DNA of 64,000 nucleotides from Armatimonadota bacterium (lineage in GTDB: Bacteria > Armatimonadota > Fimbriimonadia > Fimbriimonadales > GBS-DC). The stretch lies in NCBI GenBank assembly GCA_037444405.1, contig JBBIML010000009.1:150146-214145 (forward strand). Direction: 5' to 3'. The position numbers and the translations under genes were made by a program. The notes under the pieces were generated by a model. The model did no database searches, had not been told where the DNA came from, and saw only the letters and a list, made by a program, of their open reading frames with translations. The stretch's first letter is position 1; every line of letters begins with the position of its first letter. Shown here one piece after another: positions 23,512-34,366 of the stretch.

Positions 23512-24135
23512 TCAGCTGTAATTGCGGATGAGACCAATCACTTTGCCGATAATGCGCACTTCGTCGGCGCGGGCGCGGATGGGCGCATAGGCAGGATTCG
23601 CCGACTCCAGACGAACCCCTTCACGCTCCACATAGAACCGCTTGATGGTCGCCTCCTCGCCAATCAGCACCGCCACCAGCTCGCCATTATAGGCGGTCTG
23701 CTGCGGCTTGATAATCACCAGATCGTTGGGCAGGATATGCTCGCCCACCATACTGTCGCCCCTGACCCGCAGCACGAAAGCGTTCTCCAGATTGCGCACC
23801 AGGCTGGCGGGCACAGGGATGAGGTCTTCGATGTTTTGCTGGGCTAAGATGGGCGTGCCAGCGGCGATGGTGCCAAGCAGGGGTAAATAGCGCACAGGCT
23901 CCCGATGCGGCTGATAGTCGGGATGCACGATACGGATGGAGCGCGCCTGACTGCTGCGGATGATGTAGCCTTTACGCTGAAGCGCGTCCAGCAACAGCGC
24001 CACACCCCGCAGGCTCCTGACCGCACCGACCTGCTGCTGAATCTCCCGCAGCGTCGGCGGATAGCCATGCTCCTGTGTATAGCGCACGATAAACTCCAGA
24101 ACTGCTCTTTGCGACTGTGTTAAACCCTTCGCCAT
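23512..24135 (-). CDS. lexA: SOS repressor LexA
   Basis: wHTH GYPPTLREI, Ala-Gly cleavage site IAAGTP, catalytic GDSM and ATIKR. Confidence 0.96.
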   Translation of the reverse strand: MAKGLTQSQRAVLEFIVRYTQEHGYPPTLREIQQQVGAVRSLRGVALLLDALQRKGYIIRSSQARSIRIVHPDYQPHREPVRYLPLLGTIAAGTPILAQQNIEDLIPVPASLVRNLENAFVLRVRGDSMVGEHILPNDLVIIKPQQTAYNGELVAVLIGEEATIKRFYVEREGVRLESANPAYAPIRARADEVRIIGKVIGLIRNYS

Positions 24136-24442
24136 CGGCTACTACCTCCTGTTTTTATCGCTTCTGGGTTGGGTTCCCCCAGAGTGGGGGAACCACATTA
24201 ACGACACTCTACTCCGCTCGAAACAGCAGATGGAGCGGTGGCTCCGAATCTCATGGATATTTTACTCCACATTTGTCTACCCATCGGGGCAAAAGCGAGG
24301 CAATCGGCAATTGTCGCGAGCGGATCAGCGCGGACTCGTGAAAAATGGGGTATAATGGCTCTGGTGATGAAAAGGGTTGCTCTCGAGACAGGGATGAAGC
24401 TCGCCCTTTCGACAGCACTCCATCGCCAAAGGAGGCTACACA

Positions 24443-27061
24443 ATGAAACATTCGCATCTGGGTTTGGTTGCCCTATTGGGCACCCTGATAGGCGCCTTGC
24501 TGGCGCCGTCGTTTGCAGATCAGAAAGGCGTGGTGCTGTCAGCTGATGGCGAGCGCCGCCTGATCGATCTGCCGCACTCCGCGTTTGAGGGCATCCCTCA
24601 TGACCCGTCCAGTCAGGGCGGCTCCGATGGATTTGTCCTCCCGATGGTGGTCTCCACCGAGCAGTTTCCTGCAAGACCTCTTCCGAGTCCGCCGTTCCGC
24701 CAGAAGGAAGCGCCCAAGCATGAGGTAGAGCGCGACCTGACGCCAGGCGATTCGACCGCCGCGCAGGTGTTCGAACTCTCCGCCAGCGACTTCTACCCTC
24801 AGGCGCTGGATGCCTTCCGCTGGTTCGACGCGATTGGTCCTAACGACCTCACACCACCCGACACCAACATTGCGGTGGGCGTTAATCATGTGATTGTTGC
24901 CACCAACGACGACTGGGCTATCTACGACCGCTACGGCAACGAACAGTACCGCGTCGATATTCAGACCTTTCTGGGCACGACCGACTTCATGTTCGACCCG
25001 CGCTGCGTGTATGACCCATGGAACGGGCGATACCTGATTCTGTATCTGCGCATGCGGGGTAATCAGGGCGCGAACGGCTCATGGTGGACGCTCATGATCT
25101 CTGACGATGCGAACCCGCACGGCAACTGGATTATCTATAACTTCGACGCCCGCTTTGATGGGGGTACCCAACAAAATCAGTGGGTGGACTTTCCGCATCT
25201 GGGCTACGATAACGAGGCGGTCTACCTCGCAGGCAATATGTACACTGTGAATGGCGGCTTCCGCTATGCGAAGGTGCGCATCCTCTGGAAGAACGAGATT
25301 TACAACGCACAGGCGGCTGCCTGGTACGACTTCTGGAACCTGCCCGCCACGATTGCCCCTGCGCAGGGCTATCGGGTGGTTGTAAGTCCCCGTCAGCACT
25401 ACTGGGCGCATATTCCAGGCGGTGGCGGCAACTATGTGCGTGTGTATCGCATCGAGAACCCCACTGCATGGCATCAGGGTACCGGCACACCCAACCTGGT
25501 GAGCCAGGCAGATATCGGTGTAGGCGCCTACTCGCCGCCTCCGAACGCGCGCGAGCCGGGCAGAGGGCGCGTGCTGTGGACCGTGGACTGTCGCATCACT
25601 GACAAATCGCGCCTGAACTACCCCTACCTCTACACCAGCCACCATGTGGGCGTCAATTCGGGGCAGTCGGTGGGCTGCAAGTACTACCGCCTGGATGTGT
25701 CCAACAACACGGCGCCACGCGACGGGCTACTACTCTTCAACGCCGCGTATGACGCCTTTTTCCCGACCCTCGAAGCCACCCGCGATGAGGATATGGCGCT
25801 GGGGCTGAACGCTTCCAACGGTGACGCGGGCAGCCCTTACTATGTGAGCTTCATCGTTTACGAGTGGCTCGAAGGCAACCCCAGTATCGGGGCTGGTGTG
25901 GGGTTGCGGTTCGGTTCGGGCGTTGCTGGCGCTGGCTCCACTGCCAATCGCTGGGGCGACTACTCCGCCTCTCAGTTAGACCCGTGCGACTTCCGCACGG
26001 TGTGGCTGGCAGGTGAGCATGCGCGCCCGAACACATGGCACACCTCCGCCCACGAGATCACCCTCAACAAGGTGCGGAGCAATCTGGTCTGCGCCGATGC
26101 CGCCGAACGCCGTGGTTTTACCACAACCCTTTCCGCTACGCTGACCCGCGCCGACAATAATAACCCGATTGCTAACGCGGTGATTAACTTCTATGTTGAT
26201 GGAACCTTTGTTGGGAGCACCACCACCAACGCTTCGGGCGTCGCGCAGCTCAACTACACCATCCCGAACAGCTTCACGGTGGGCAACCACATCATCAACG
26301 CGGAGTTCAACTATTGCCCCACCAACGACCAGTATAGCTGGAGCCGTTCGCAATGCACCCTGCGCGTGTTGCTGGAACAGGGCGACGCGGGCGACCTGCC
26401 CGAAACCTCCCAGTCCACGCCGGGCGGCGCGCTGACGCAGGTGGATGGCGTGCTGGACGCAGACGATGTGGATATGTACGCCATCTATCTGGCGAACCCC
26501 GCCAGCTTCGTGGCGACCACGGTTGGCGGCGCGAGCTTTGATACCCAGCTCTGGCTGTTCGATTCGAACGGCAAGGGCGTGGTCTTCAACGACGATTCAA
26601 GCGGCGTGCAATCCAGCATCGACAACACCACGGGCTGTCTCACAGGGCGCTCGGCTGGGGTCTACTATCTGGCAATCAGCCGCTACAATCGGGACGCGCT
26701 GGGCTGCGGCGGCGGTCTTATCTGGAACAACTCGCCCTTCAGCACGGTGCGCTGCCCCGACGGACCCGAAGCCACCTCGCGCGTGAACAGCTGGAGCGGT
26801 CGCACCTCCGCAGGCGGTATCTACACCGTCTTCCTCACGGGCGCACAGGGCGCCACCCGCGGCAATCCCGCCGATTGCTGCGTCGCCCATAACGGCGATG
26901 TGGACAACAACGGCTGTGTGGACGATGCCGACCTGCTGGCTGTGCTGTTCGCCTTCGGGCAGACAGGCAGCAACCTCGGTCGCGTCGACACCAACTGCGA
27001 CGGCGTGGTGGATGATGCCGACCTGCTCGTGGTGCTGTTCAACTTCGGCAGCGGGTGTTAG
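24443..27061 (+). CDS. Large secreted protein: beta-propeller-like domain, Ig-like domain, PPC-like domain, dockerin-like tag
   Basis: SD AAGGAGG, signal peptide, PPDTNIAVG...RWGDYS domain, Ig-like TLSATLT...FYVDG, EQGDAGDLP...FDTQLWLFD...NDD domain, terminal dockerin-like repeat ending GSGC. Confidence 0.8.
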   Translation: MKHSHLGLVALLGTLIGALLAPSFADQKGVVLSADGERRLIDLPHSAFEGIPHDPSSQGGSDGFVLPMVVSTEQFPARPLPSPPFRQKEAPKHEVERDLTPGDSTAAQVFELSASDFYPQALDAFRWFDAIGPNDLTPPDTNIAVGVNHVIVATNDDWAIYDRYGNEQYRVDIQTFLGTTDFMFDPRCVYDPWNGRYLILYLRMRGNQGANGSWWTLMISDDANPHGNWIIYNFDARFDGGTQQNQWVDFPHLGYDNEAVYLAGNMYTVNGGFRYAKVRILWKNEIYNAQAAAWYDFWNLPATIAPAQGYRVVVSPRQHYWAHIPGGGGNYVRVYRIENPTAWHQGTGTPNLVSQADIGVGAYSPPPNAREPGRGRVLWTVDCRITDKSRLNYPYLYTSHHVGVNSGQSVGCKYYRLDVSNNTAPRDGLLLFNAAYDAFFPTLEATRDEDMALGLNASNGDAGSPYYVSFIVYEWLEGNPSIGAGVGLRFGSGVAGAGSTANRWGDYSASQLDPCDFRTVWLAGEHARPNTWHTSAHEITLNKVRSNLVCADAAERRGFTTTLSATLTRADNNNPIANAVINFYVDGTFVGSTTTNASGVAQLNYTIPNSFTVGNHIINAEFNYCPTNDQYSWSRSQCTLRVLLEQGDAGDLPETSQSTPGGALTQVDGVLDADDVDMYAIYLANPASFVATTVGGASFDTQLWLFDSNGKGVVFNDDSSGVQSSIDNTTGCLTGRSAGVYYLAISRYNRDALGCGGGLIWNNSPFSTVRCPDGPEATSRVNSWSGRTSAGGIYTVFLTGAQGATRGNPADCCVAHNGDVDNNGCVDDADLLAVLFAFGQTGSNLGRVDTNCDGVVDDADLLVVLFNFGSGC

Positions 27062-27069
27062 TTAAAGTT

Positions 27070-27097
27070 GGGGAGCAGGCATGAACGCCTGCTCCCC
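27070..27097. terminator. Hairpin between convergent genes, probable bidirectional terminator
   Basis: GGGGAGCAGGC-atgaac-GCCTGCTCCCC perfect 11-bp stem, 8 nt after the stop codon. Confidence 0.75.
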
Positions 27098-27135
27098 GGC
27101 TGGCATGGAGGGTCCTTGTCGTGCCTGCCAGAAAG

Positions 27136-27699
27136 CTATCGGCAGCAGCCGCCCCGGCTGGTAGCCCGTGATGAGCGCTGCTCTGGCGCTTTCACGGGTG
27201 CAAGCGCGCCGCCTGCTTTGCGAACCGCTTCCTCCAGCTCGGCGTAGCGCACTCGCGCATCACGCTTGAAGGTGATCAGGAGCGTGTTCTTCTCCCTGTC
27301 GACCTTCTCCACTCCATCGATCCTGGCGAGCGTCTCTGCGACTTTGCGGGCGTCGCCCTTTTGAAGGCTCAGCGCCAGCCGACAGGAGTAGTGCATGCCA
27401 GAACCCATCGCATGCGGAATGTTCGCGACGGCAAGCGCCAGCTGGGAGACGGGAGCGACCGCCTCGTCGCAGGTGACCGTTACGGTGGCGGTCTTAAAGT
27501 CGGCTTTGACATCCTGCACGCCATTTAGCTGGCGCAGCCCCTCCGCAACGGCATCGGCACAACCTTCACAGTGGAATCCGCTGATTTTGAACACCACTGT
27601 GCGAATCTCCGGCTTCTGCTGAGCGGACTGCTGACTCAGCGACACCATAGCGAGCAGTGCGCTCGCAAGTCCAACGCCAATCAACTTCTTCATCGCCAT
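27136..27699 (-). CDS. Exported heavy-metal-associated (HMA, MerP/CopZ-like) protein with a second degenerate HMA domain
   Basis: SD AGGAGG before ATG at 27699, signal peptide, GFHCEGC motif, C-terminal GGCCR. Confidence 0.85.
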   Translation of the reverse strand: MAMKKLIGVGLASALLAMVSLSQQSAQQKPEIRTVVFKISGFHCEGCADAVAEGLRQLNGVQDVKADFKTATVTVTCDEAVAPVSQLALAVANIPHAMGSGMHYSCRLALSLQKGDARKVAETLARIDGVEKVDREKNTLLITFKRDARVRYAELEEAVRKAGGALAPVKAPEQRSSRATSRGGCCR

Positions 27700-27819
27700 A
27701 GACCTCCTGTTGTAAAGGGCTTCGCCTTGTGCAACAAGGCGTAAGCAATCACGCTTGGGTCGGCTCCGCGCATGGTGCGCGGGCACGGTTCGATGGCAGA
27801 ATGCCCGCGGCGGAAGGCG

Positions 27820-28446
27820 CTATTGCGATGCCGCGACAATCTCTGCCGGAAAGCCCAGCTGCTCCAGCGCAGCCCGAAGCTGGGACGGTCGTATCAGCTC
27901 GGGGTTATAATAGACCTGCACCTGACGGCTGCGCGCATCGATATCCACCCGGTGAACACCGGGCGTGGATAGCAGGCGCTTCTCGATGGTCGTGGCACAG
28001 GCTTGGCAGGTGATCCGGTCCACACGGAGCAGCACGGTCTGCACCGAGGCTGCTACGGGCACAGGTACAGGTAACTGCTCCGAGCGATGCGCCAGCAGCG
28101 CGGGCGTCAGCAGGGTTCCCAGAGCAAAGAGGGTCACCAGCCACAGCGCCACCTTCTGGAAGCGTTTCATGCTGGAAGCGGGCACAGCACAACAGCCCGC
28201 ATCGGAAGCGGGCACGGCGCAACAATCGGCATGCGCTCGCTGCGGGCGATAGGTGAAATAGAACGCCATGCCCAGAAACGCGAAGGTCAAGCCGATCAGA
28301 TAGGGGCGAAACGGCTCCAGAGTGGCGCCCAGCTCCACTGCACCTGCGCTCGCGCCACTCAGTAAGAGCGGGATCCAGCAGCAGGCAGACGAGAGACCCG
28401 CTGTGAGCAGCGCCCCTGCATACGCGATTATGGTTCGCATCATCAT
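27820..28446 (-). CDS. merT: MerT-type mercury transporter fused to a C-terminal HMA (MerP-like) domain
   Basis: TM1 SSACCWIP, LEPFRPYL, Cys-rich loop, TM3, then RITCQAC HMA motif; three tandem ATGs after SD GGAGG. Confidence 0.85.
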   Translation of the reverse strand: MMMRTIIAYAGALLTAGLSSACCWIPLLLSGASAGAVELGATLEPFRPYLIGLTFAFLGMAFYFTYRPQRAHADCCAVPASDAGCCAVPASSMKRFQKVALWLVTLFALGTLLTPALLAHRSEQLPVPVPVAASVQTVLLRVDRITCQACATTIEKRLLSTPGVHRVDIDARSRQVQVYYNPELIRPSQLRAALEQLGFPAEIVAASQ

Positions 28447-28461
28447 CCCTCCAGTCACGGT

Positions 28462-29868
28462 TTATTGGGCGCAACAGGATAGCTTGCTGACATCCTTGCG
28501 GAATGCCAGCGCCGCTATCTTGATCGACTCCGACAGGGTGGGATAGACGAAGAGCGTGTCGATCAAATCGTCCAGGGTCATGCGGGCGCGGAGCGCCAGC
28601 GCCGCGATATGGATGATCTCCGCCGCGTTAGGCGCCAGCATCGAAACGCCCAGCAAGCGGTTGGTGCCCTGTTCCACCACCATCTTAATCAGCCCGCGCG
28701 TATCGCGAACGGCGGCGGCGCGTGGTACCTGCTCCATCGAAACGACGCGACACTGACAGCGGTAGCCGCGCTGAACCGCCTCGGCATCGGTCAAACCCAC
28801 CATCGCGACCTGCGGGTCGGTGAACACGGCACGCGGGATCACCGTGTAGTCCATCGGCTGCGACGCGCCGCCAAAGGCGTTGCGGGCAACCAGGGCGCCC
28901 GCATGGGCGCCAACCGGCGTCGCCATCTGACCATCGATCACATCGCCTGCTGCCCAGATGTGAGGCACATTCGTGCGCAGATAGTCATCCACTCTGATGA
29001 ACCCCTGCGCACTGGTCTCAACACCTGCCGCCTTCAGATTGAGCTGGTCGGTGTTCGGGCGTCGACCGACCGCGACGAGCAGGCGGCACGCCTCAAAGCG
29101 CCCCTTCGTGGTGTGCAGGATCACCCCGCGCGGCGACCGCTCCACACGCTCCACCTTCGTGCCCGTATGAATCGCGATGCCCTCTTCACTCAGCAGATGC
29201 TGAAGGCTCAGGCTGATCTCCGGCTCATAGTTCGGTATGACCCGATCCAGCATCTCGATAATGGTGACCTGACTGCCCAGCCGCGCGAACATCTGCCCCA
29301 ATTCGAGCGCAATGAAGCCGCCGCCAATAATTGCCAGGCTCGGCGGCAGCTCTGTGAGTTTGGCGGGTTCGTCAGCGTCCAGCAAATCGCTGGTAAGCGC
29401 GTCCACCTCGTTCAAGCCCGGTATGGGGGGCAGCGCGGGACGCGAGCCAGTGGCAATCAGAATCTGCTCCGCTTCCACCGGCTCGCCGTCCACCTCAACC
29501 GTATGCGGGTCCACAAACTGCGCATGCCCTTTCCAGACGCGCATATGTGCGCTCTCATCGGCGATGCTGAGATACTTTTTCTGCCGCAGTTCACGCACGA
29601 TTTCGTCCTTCTGGGCGATCAGCTCATGGAAGTCGACGCGCTCCTGACGGGTGTAGATGCCCGCAAAACGGGGATGCCCCGCCAGATGCCACAGATGCGC
29701 CGCCTCGATCAGGTTCTTGCTGGGCACACAGCCCCGATTGACGCAGGTACCTCCAATCGTGCGCTCCTCCACCATCAGCACCCGCTTGCCATACTCCGAT
29801 GCCTTGATGGCTGCCGCAAACGCCGTCGAGCCGGAACCGAGTATCAGAAAGTCCACTTTTGCCATCAT
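28462..29868 (-). CDS. merA: Mercuric reductase, core form without NmerA
   Basis: GSGSTAFAAA, GGTCVNRGCVPSK redox Cys pair, YPTLSESIK, C-terminal KLSCCAQ. Confidence 0.95.
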   Translation of the reverse strand: MMAKVDFLILGSGSTAFAAAIKASEYGKRVLMVEERTIGGTCVNRGCVPSKNLIEAAHLWHLAGHPRFAGIYTRQERVDFHELIAQKDEIVRELRQKKYLSIADESAHMRVWKGHAQFVDPHTVEVDGEPVEAEQILIATGSRPALPPIPGLNEVDALTSDLLDADEPAKLTELPPSLAIIGGGFIALELGQMFARLGSQVTIIEMLDRVIPNYEPEISLSLQHLLSEEGIAIHTGTKVERVERSPRGVILHTTKGRFEACRLLVAVGRRPNTDQLNLKAAGVETSAQGFIRVDDYLRTNVPHIWAAGDVIDGQMATPVGAHAGALVARNAFGGASQPMDYTVIPRAVFTDPQVAMVGLTDAEAVQRGYRCQCRVVSMEQVPRAAAVRDTRGLIKMVVEQGTNRLLGVSMLAPNAAEIIHIAALALRARMTLDDLIDTLFVYPTLSESIKIAALAFRKDVSKLSCCAQ

Positions 29869-30254
29869 GCCTTTTCACCTCCTGCTGAATGGGACAACTG
29901 CTCTACCAGCAGGCGAATCGTGTTCTCCAGATGCCTGTTGCGCAGATAGTAGCAGGCGAACTTGCCCTCCTTGCGCACCTTCACCAGCCCCGATAGCGAT
30001 AGAATCCGCAGGTGGTAGGAGATGGCAGGTGGGGAGCTGTCCAGCAGGGTCGCCAGCTCGCACACACAGAGCGGCTGCTGAGTCAGCGCGTACAGAATGC
30101 GCAGGCGCACAGGGTCCGCCATCGCCTTCAACAGCATTGCGGCGCCCTCAAAGGTTTCATCCGACGGCATCTGGCGAGCAACGCGCTGCACCCGCGTCGG
30201 ATCCTCGTTATAAGCCTCGCACACAATCTCTTCAATCGGTCGCCTTCGGCTCAT
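29865..30254 (-). CDS. ArsR/SmtB family metal-sensing repressor heading the mer operon
   Basis: KAMADPVRLRIL, LCVCELA, AISYHLRIL, RKEGK; ATGA overlap with merA. Confidence 0.93.
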   Translation of the reverse strand: MSRRRPIEEIVCEAYNEDPTRVQRVARQMPSDETFEGAAMLLKAMADPVRLRILYALTQQPLCVCELATLLDSSPPAISYHLRILSLSGLVKVRKEGKFACYYLRNRHLENTIRLLVEQLSHSAGGEKA

Positions 30255-30269
30255 CGATTCTTCTCCTCC

Positions 30270-30297
30270 AAACGATTGTACGAATGCTTAATCGTTT
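30270..30297 (-). promoter_or_regulatory. Inverted-repeat operator overlapping the -10 box of the arsR-mer promoter
   Basis: AAACGATT-N12-AATCGTTT perfect 8-bp arms; minus-strand TACAAT at 30275-30280 overlaps one arm; SD GGAGG follows. Confidence 0.75.
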
Positions 30298-30365
30298 TGG
30301 TTCCATCGAAAAGGGCGATTCTCCCTGCGAAATTTGCTGGATTCAGGCTTGATCGCTGTGCTTTT

Positions 30366-30983
30366 TCAGACCCAGTCCCACTCTTTCAGCACATCCCACA
30401 CTGGCGGCTGGCTCCAGAGCCACTCCACCCGCAGCCAGAAACCCTCCAGCACGCGGCTGGAGTAGACTCCTGCCGAACCTGCAAATGCAATCTGATAGGT
30501 GCCGCCCTCGCCCATCTGCGCAAACTCTGCCTGCTTGCGCTCCGGGTCAATAATCCAGTATTCGGGCACGCCTGCCGCTTCGTAAGAGTAGAACTTCTCG
30601 CCCCGATCGATATTCCGACTCTCTTTGCTAACGATCTCCACCACCAGATCGGGCGCTCCATCAAAATAGGTGCGCTGGAGGCGGTCTAAATGTTCGGGCA
30701 GGATGACAATCAGGTCGGGTTCGCGCACCTCCTGCTCGCCGCCGGGCAGGGTCAGCCTCACAGCGAAGGGCGGATGATACACCACGCCGCCAGGCTTGTG
30801 CCGCTCCACCCAATGCTTCACAATTGTCACCAGGAAGCTATTGCAATCCTGATGCGTTTTTGAGACTGGCATCTTTATCCTCACTTTGTTGCCGACCAGC
30901 TCGGCGTGGATGTCTTCCTGCTCCCAGTTGAGAAACTCCTCCACGCTCATCTCTGTCGGCAAGGTCTCCGGTATGGTCTTCAT
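30366..30983 (-). CDS. Uma2 (DUF820) family endonuclease
   Basis: [45 protein letters not shown]. Confidence 0.93.
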   Translation of the reverse strand: MKTIPETLPTEMSVEEFLNWEQEDIHAELVGNKVRIKMPVSKTHQDCNSFLVTIVKHWVERHKPGGVVYHPPFAVRLTLPGGEQEVREPDLIVILPEHLDRLQRTYFDGAPDLVVEIVSKESRNIDRGEKFYSYEAAGVPEYWIIDPERKQAEFAQMGEGGTYQIAFAGSAGVYSSRVLEGFWLRVEWLWSQPPVWDVLKEWDWV

Positions 30984-31055
30984 AACATCACCGCTTTACA
31001 GGATACCCGACAGACGCTGATTATCGGCTATAATCGATGGTGTGAGGGAGGCGGT

Positions 31056-31903
31056 ATGCAGATTCTGCGCACGATTGAGGAAGTTCGGGACTGGGTTCGG
31101 GCGAGGCGGGCAGAAGGGCGCGCTATCCACTTCGTGCCCACGATGGGCTACTTCCATGAGGGGCATCTGAGCCTGATGCGTCGCGCGAAAGCCGATAACG
31201 GCGCGGTTATCATCAGCATCTTCGTGAACCCTCTGCAGTTCGGACCCCATGAGGACTACGAGCGCTACCCGCGCGATTTCGAGCGCGACCGCCAGATGGC
31301 GGAATCGGTGGGCGTGGATGCCCTCTTTTACCCCGAAGTGCGCGAGATGTACCCGCCCGGCTTCCAGACGGAGGTGCGGGTGAAACAGCTCTCGCAACCC
31401 CTGTGTGGACGCTCGCGTCCGGGGCACTTCGAAGGCGTCGCGACCGTTGTGCTGAAGCTCTTCAATATCGTCACGCCCGACCGCGCCTACTTCGGCGAGA
31501 AGGATTACCAGCAGTTGCGGGTCATTCAGCAGATGGTGCGCGACCTGAACCTGCCCATCGAGATTGTGCCGTGCCCGATTGTGCGCGAGGCGGATGGGCT
31601 GGCGATGTCCTCACGCAATGTGTACCTCTCGCCCGAAGAGCGTCAGGCAGCGACGGTGCTGTACCGCAGCCTGCTATGGGCGCGGGAGCAGGTGCAGGCG
31701 GGCGAGCAGGATGCCCTGCGCATCCAGCGTGGCGTGTACGCGATGCTCGCGGCGGAGCCGCTGGCACGAATCGACTATGTGGAGCTGGTGGACGCCGAAA
31801 CGCTGGAGCCAGTAAGCCGCATCGAGCGTCCGACCCTGCTTGCGCTGGCGGTCTACTTCGGCAGCGCCCGCCTGATCGACAACACCGTCCTGACCCCGCC
31901 CGG

Positions 31904-31907
<4 letters not shown>
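31056..31907 (+). CDS. panC: Pantoate--beta-alanine ligase
   Basis: [51 protein letters not shown]. Confidence 0.98.
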
Positions 31908-33565
<1,658 letters not shown>

Positions 33566-33595
33566 CGTTGCTGACCTCCTTCGCGCTCGCAGCGA

Positions 33596-34345
33596 TTATA
33601 CCTGACAGATCTCGTAGGCGCGGCGCAGCGCCACAATCGGATCACCCTTCGGAATGAACTCCTGCCCGATGAAGCCCGTGTAGCCCGTCTCCTTGATGGC
33701 TTTCATCACCGCGCGATAGTTGATCTCCTGCGTTTCGTCGATCTCGTTCCTGCCGGGATTGCCTGCCGTGTGATAGTGGGCAATCTTGTCGGCATGGGCG
33801 CGAATGGTGCGGATGAGATCGCCCTCCATAATCTGCGCGTGATAAATATCATACAGAATCTTCACGCGAGGCGAGTTGACCAGCTCCAGCACACGCAGTC
33901 CCCAGCTCATTCTGTCGAACTGGTAATCGCGATGATCCACCTTGCTGTTGAGGATTTCGATTGCCAGGGTCACGCCCTTCTGTTCAGCGTACGGCGCGAC
34001 GCGCTTGAGACCCGCGGCGGTGTTCTCGATGCCCTCTTCGTCGGGTCGCCCGCGCCGATTGCCCGAAAAGCAGATGAGGATGGGAATCTCGTACTTCACG
34101 GCTTTATCGATGTTAGCGCGGAGTTCGTCCTCGATGCGACTGTGGTTGCGCGGGTCGTTCAGCCCATTTTCGATGGTGCCGTGTCCCCCATGAGTGATAA
34201 TGCGCAACCCTGCCGCGCGAATCTCGTCCCAGAGCGGTTCCGGCACCAGTTCGAAGCCCACATAGCCGATGCGCGCGGCTTCGGCAATCAGCCGTTTCGG
34301 CTCGATGCGCCCCTGATAGCACCACCAGCAGATGTCCTGCTTCAT
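33596..34345 (-). CDS. Hydroxypyruvate isomerase-family TIM barrel protein
   Basis: LICFSGNR, EILNSKVDH, LYDIYHAQIMEGD, HYHTAGNPGRNE, GQEFIP. Confidence 0.9.
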   Translation of the reverse strand: MKQDICWWCYQGRIEPKRLIAEAARIGYVGFELVPEPLWDEIRAAGLRIITHGGHGTIENGLNDPRNHSRIEDELRANIDKAVKYEIPILICFSGNRRGRPDEEGIENTAAGLKRVAPYAEQKGVTLAIEILNSKVDHRDYQFDRMSWGLRVLELVNSPRVKILYDIYHAQIMEGDLIRTIRAHADKIAHYHTAGNPGRNEIDETQEINYRAVMKAIKETGYTGFIGQEFIPKGDPIVALRRAYEICQV

Positions 34346-34366
34346 AGCATGAGGGCGATTCGCGGC

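Noticed and set aside
24136..24340. c-di-GMP-I riboswitch in the lexA intergenic region
   Set aside because: Hairpins are present, but I could not assemble the GNRA/receptor two-stem consensus on either strand.
27062..30365. mer operon as a transposon
   Set aside because: No transposase, resolvase, terminal inverted repeats or target duplication seen; composition resembles the host genes.
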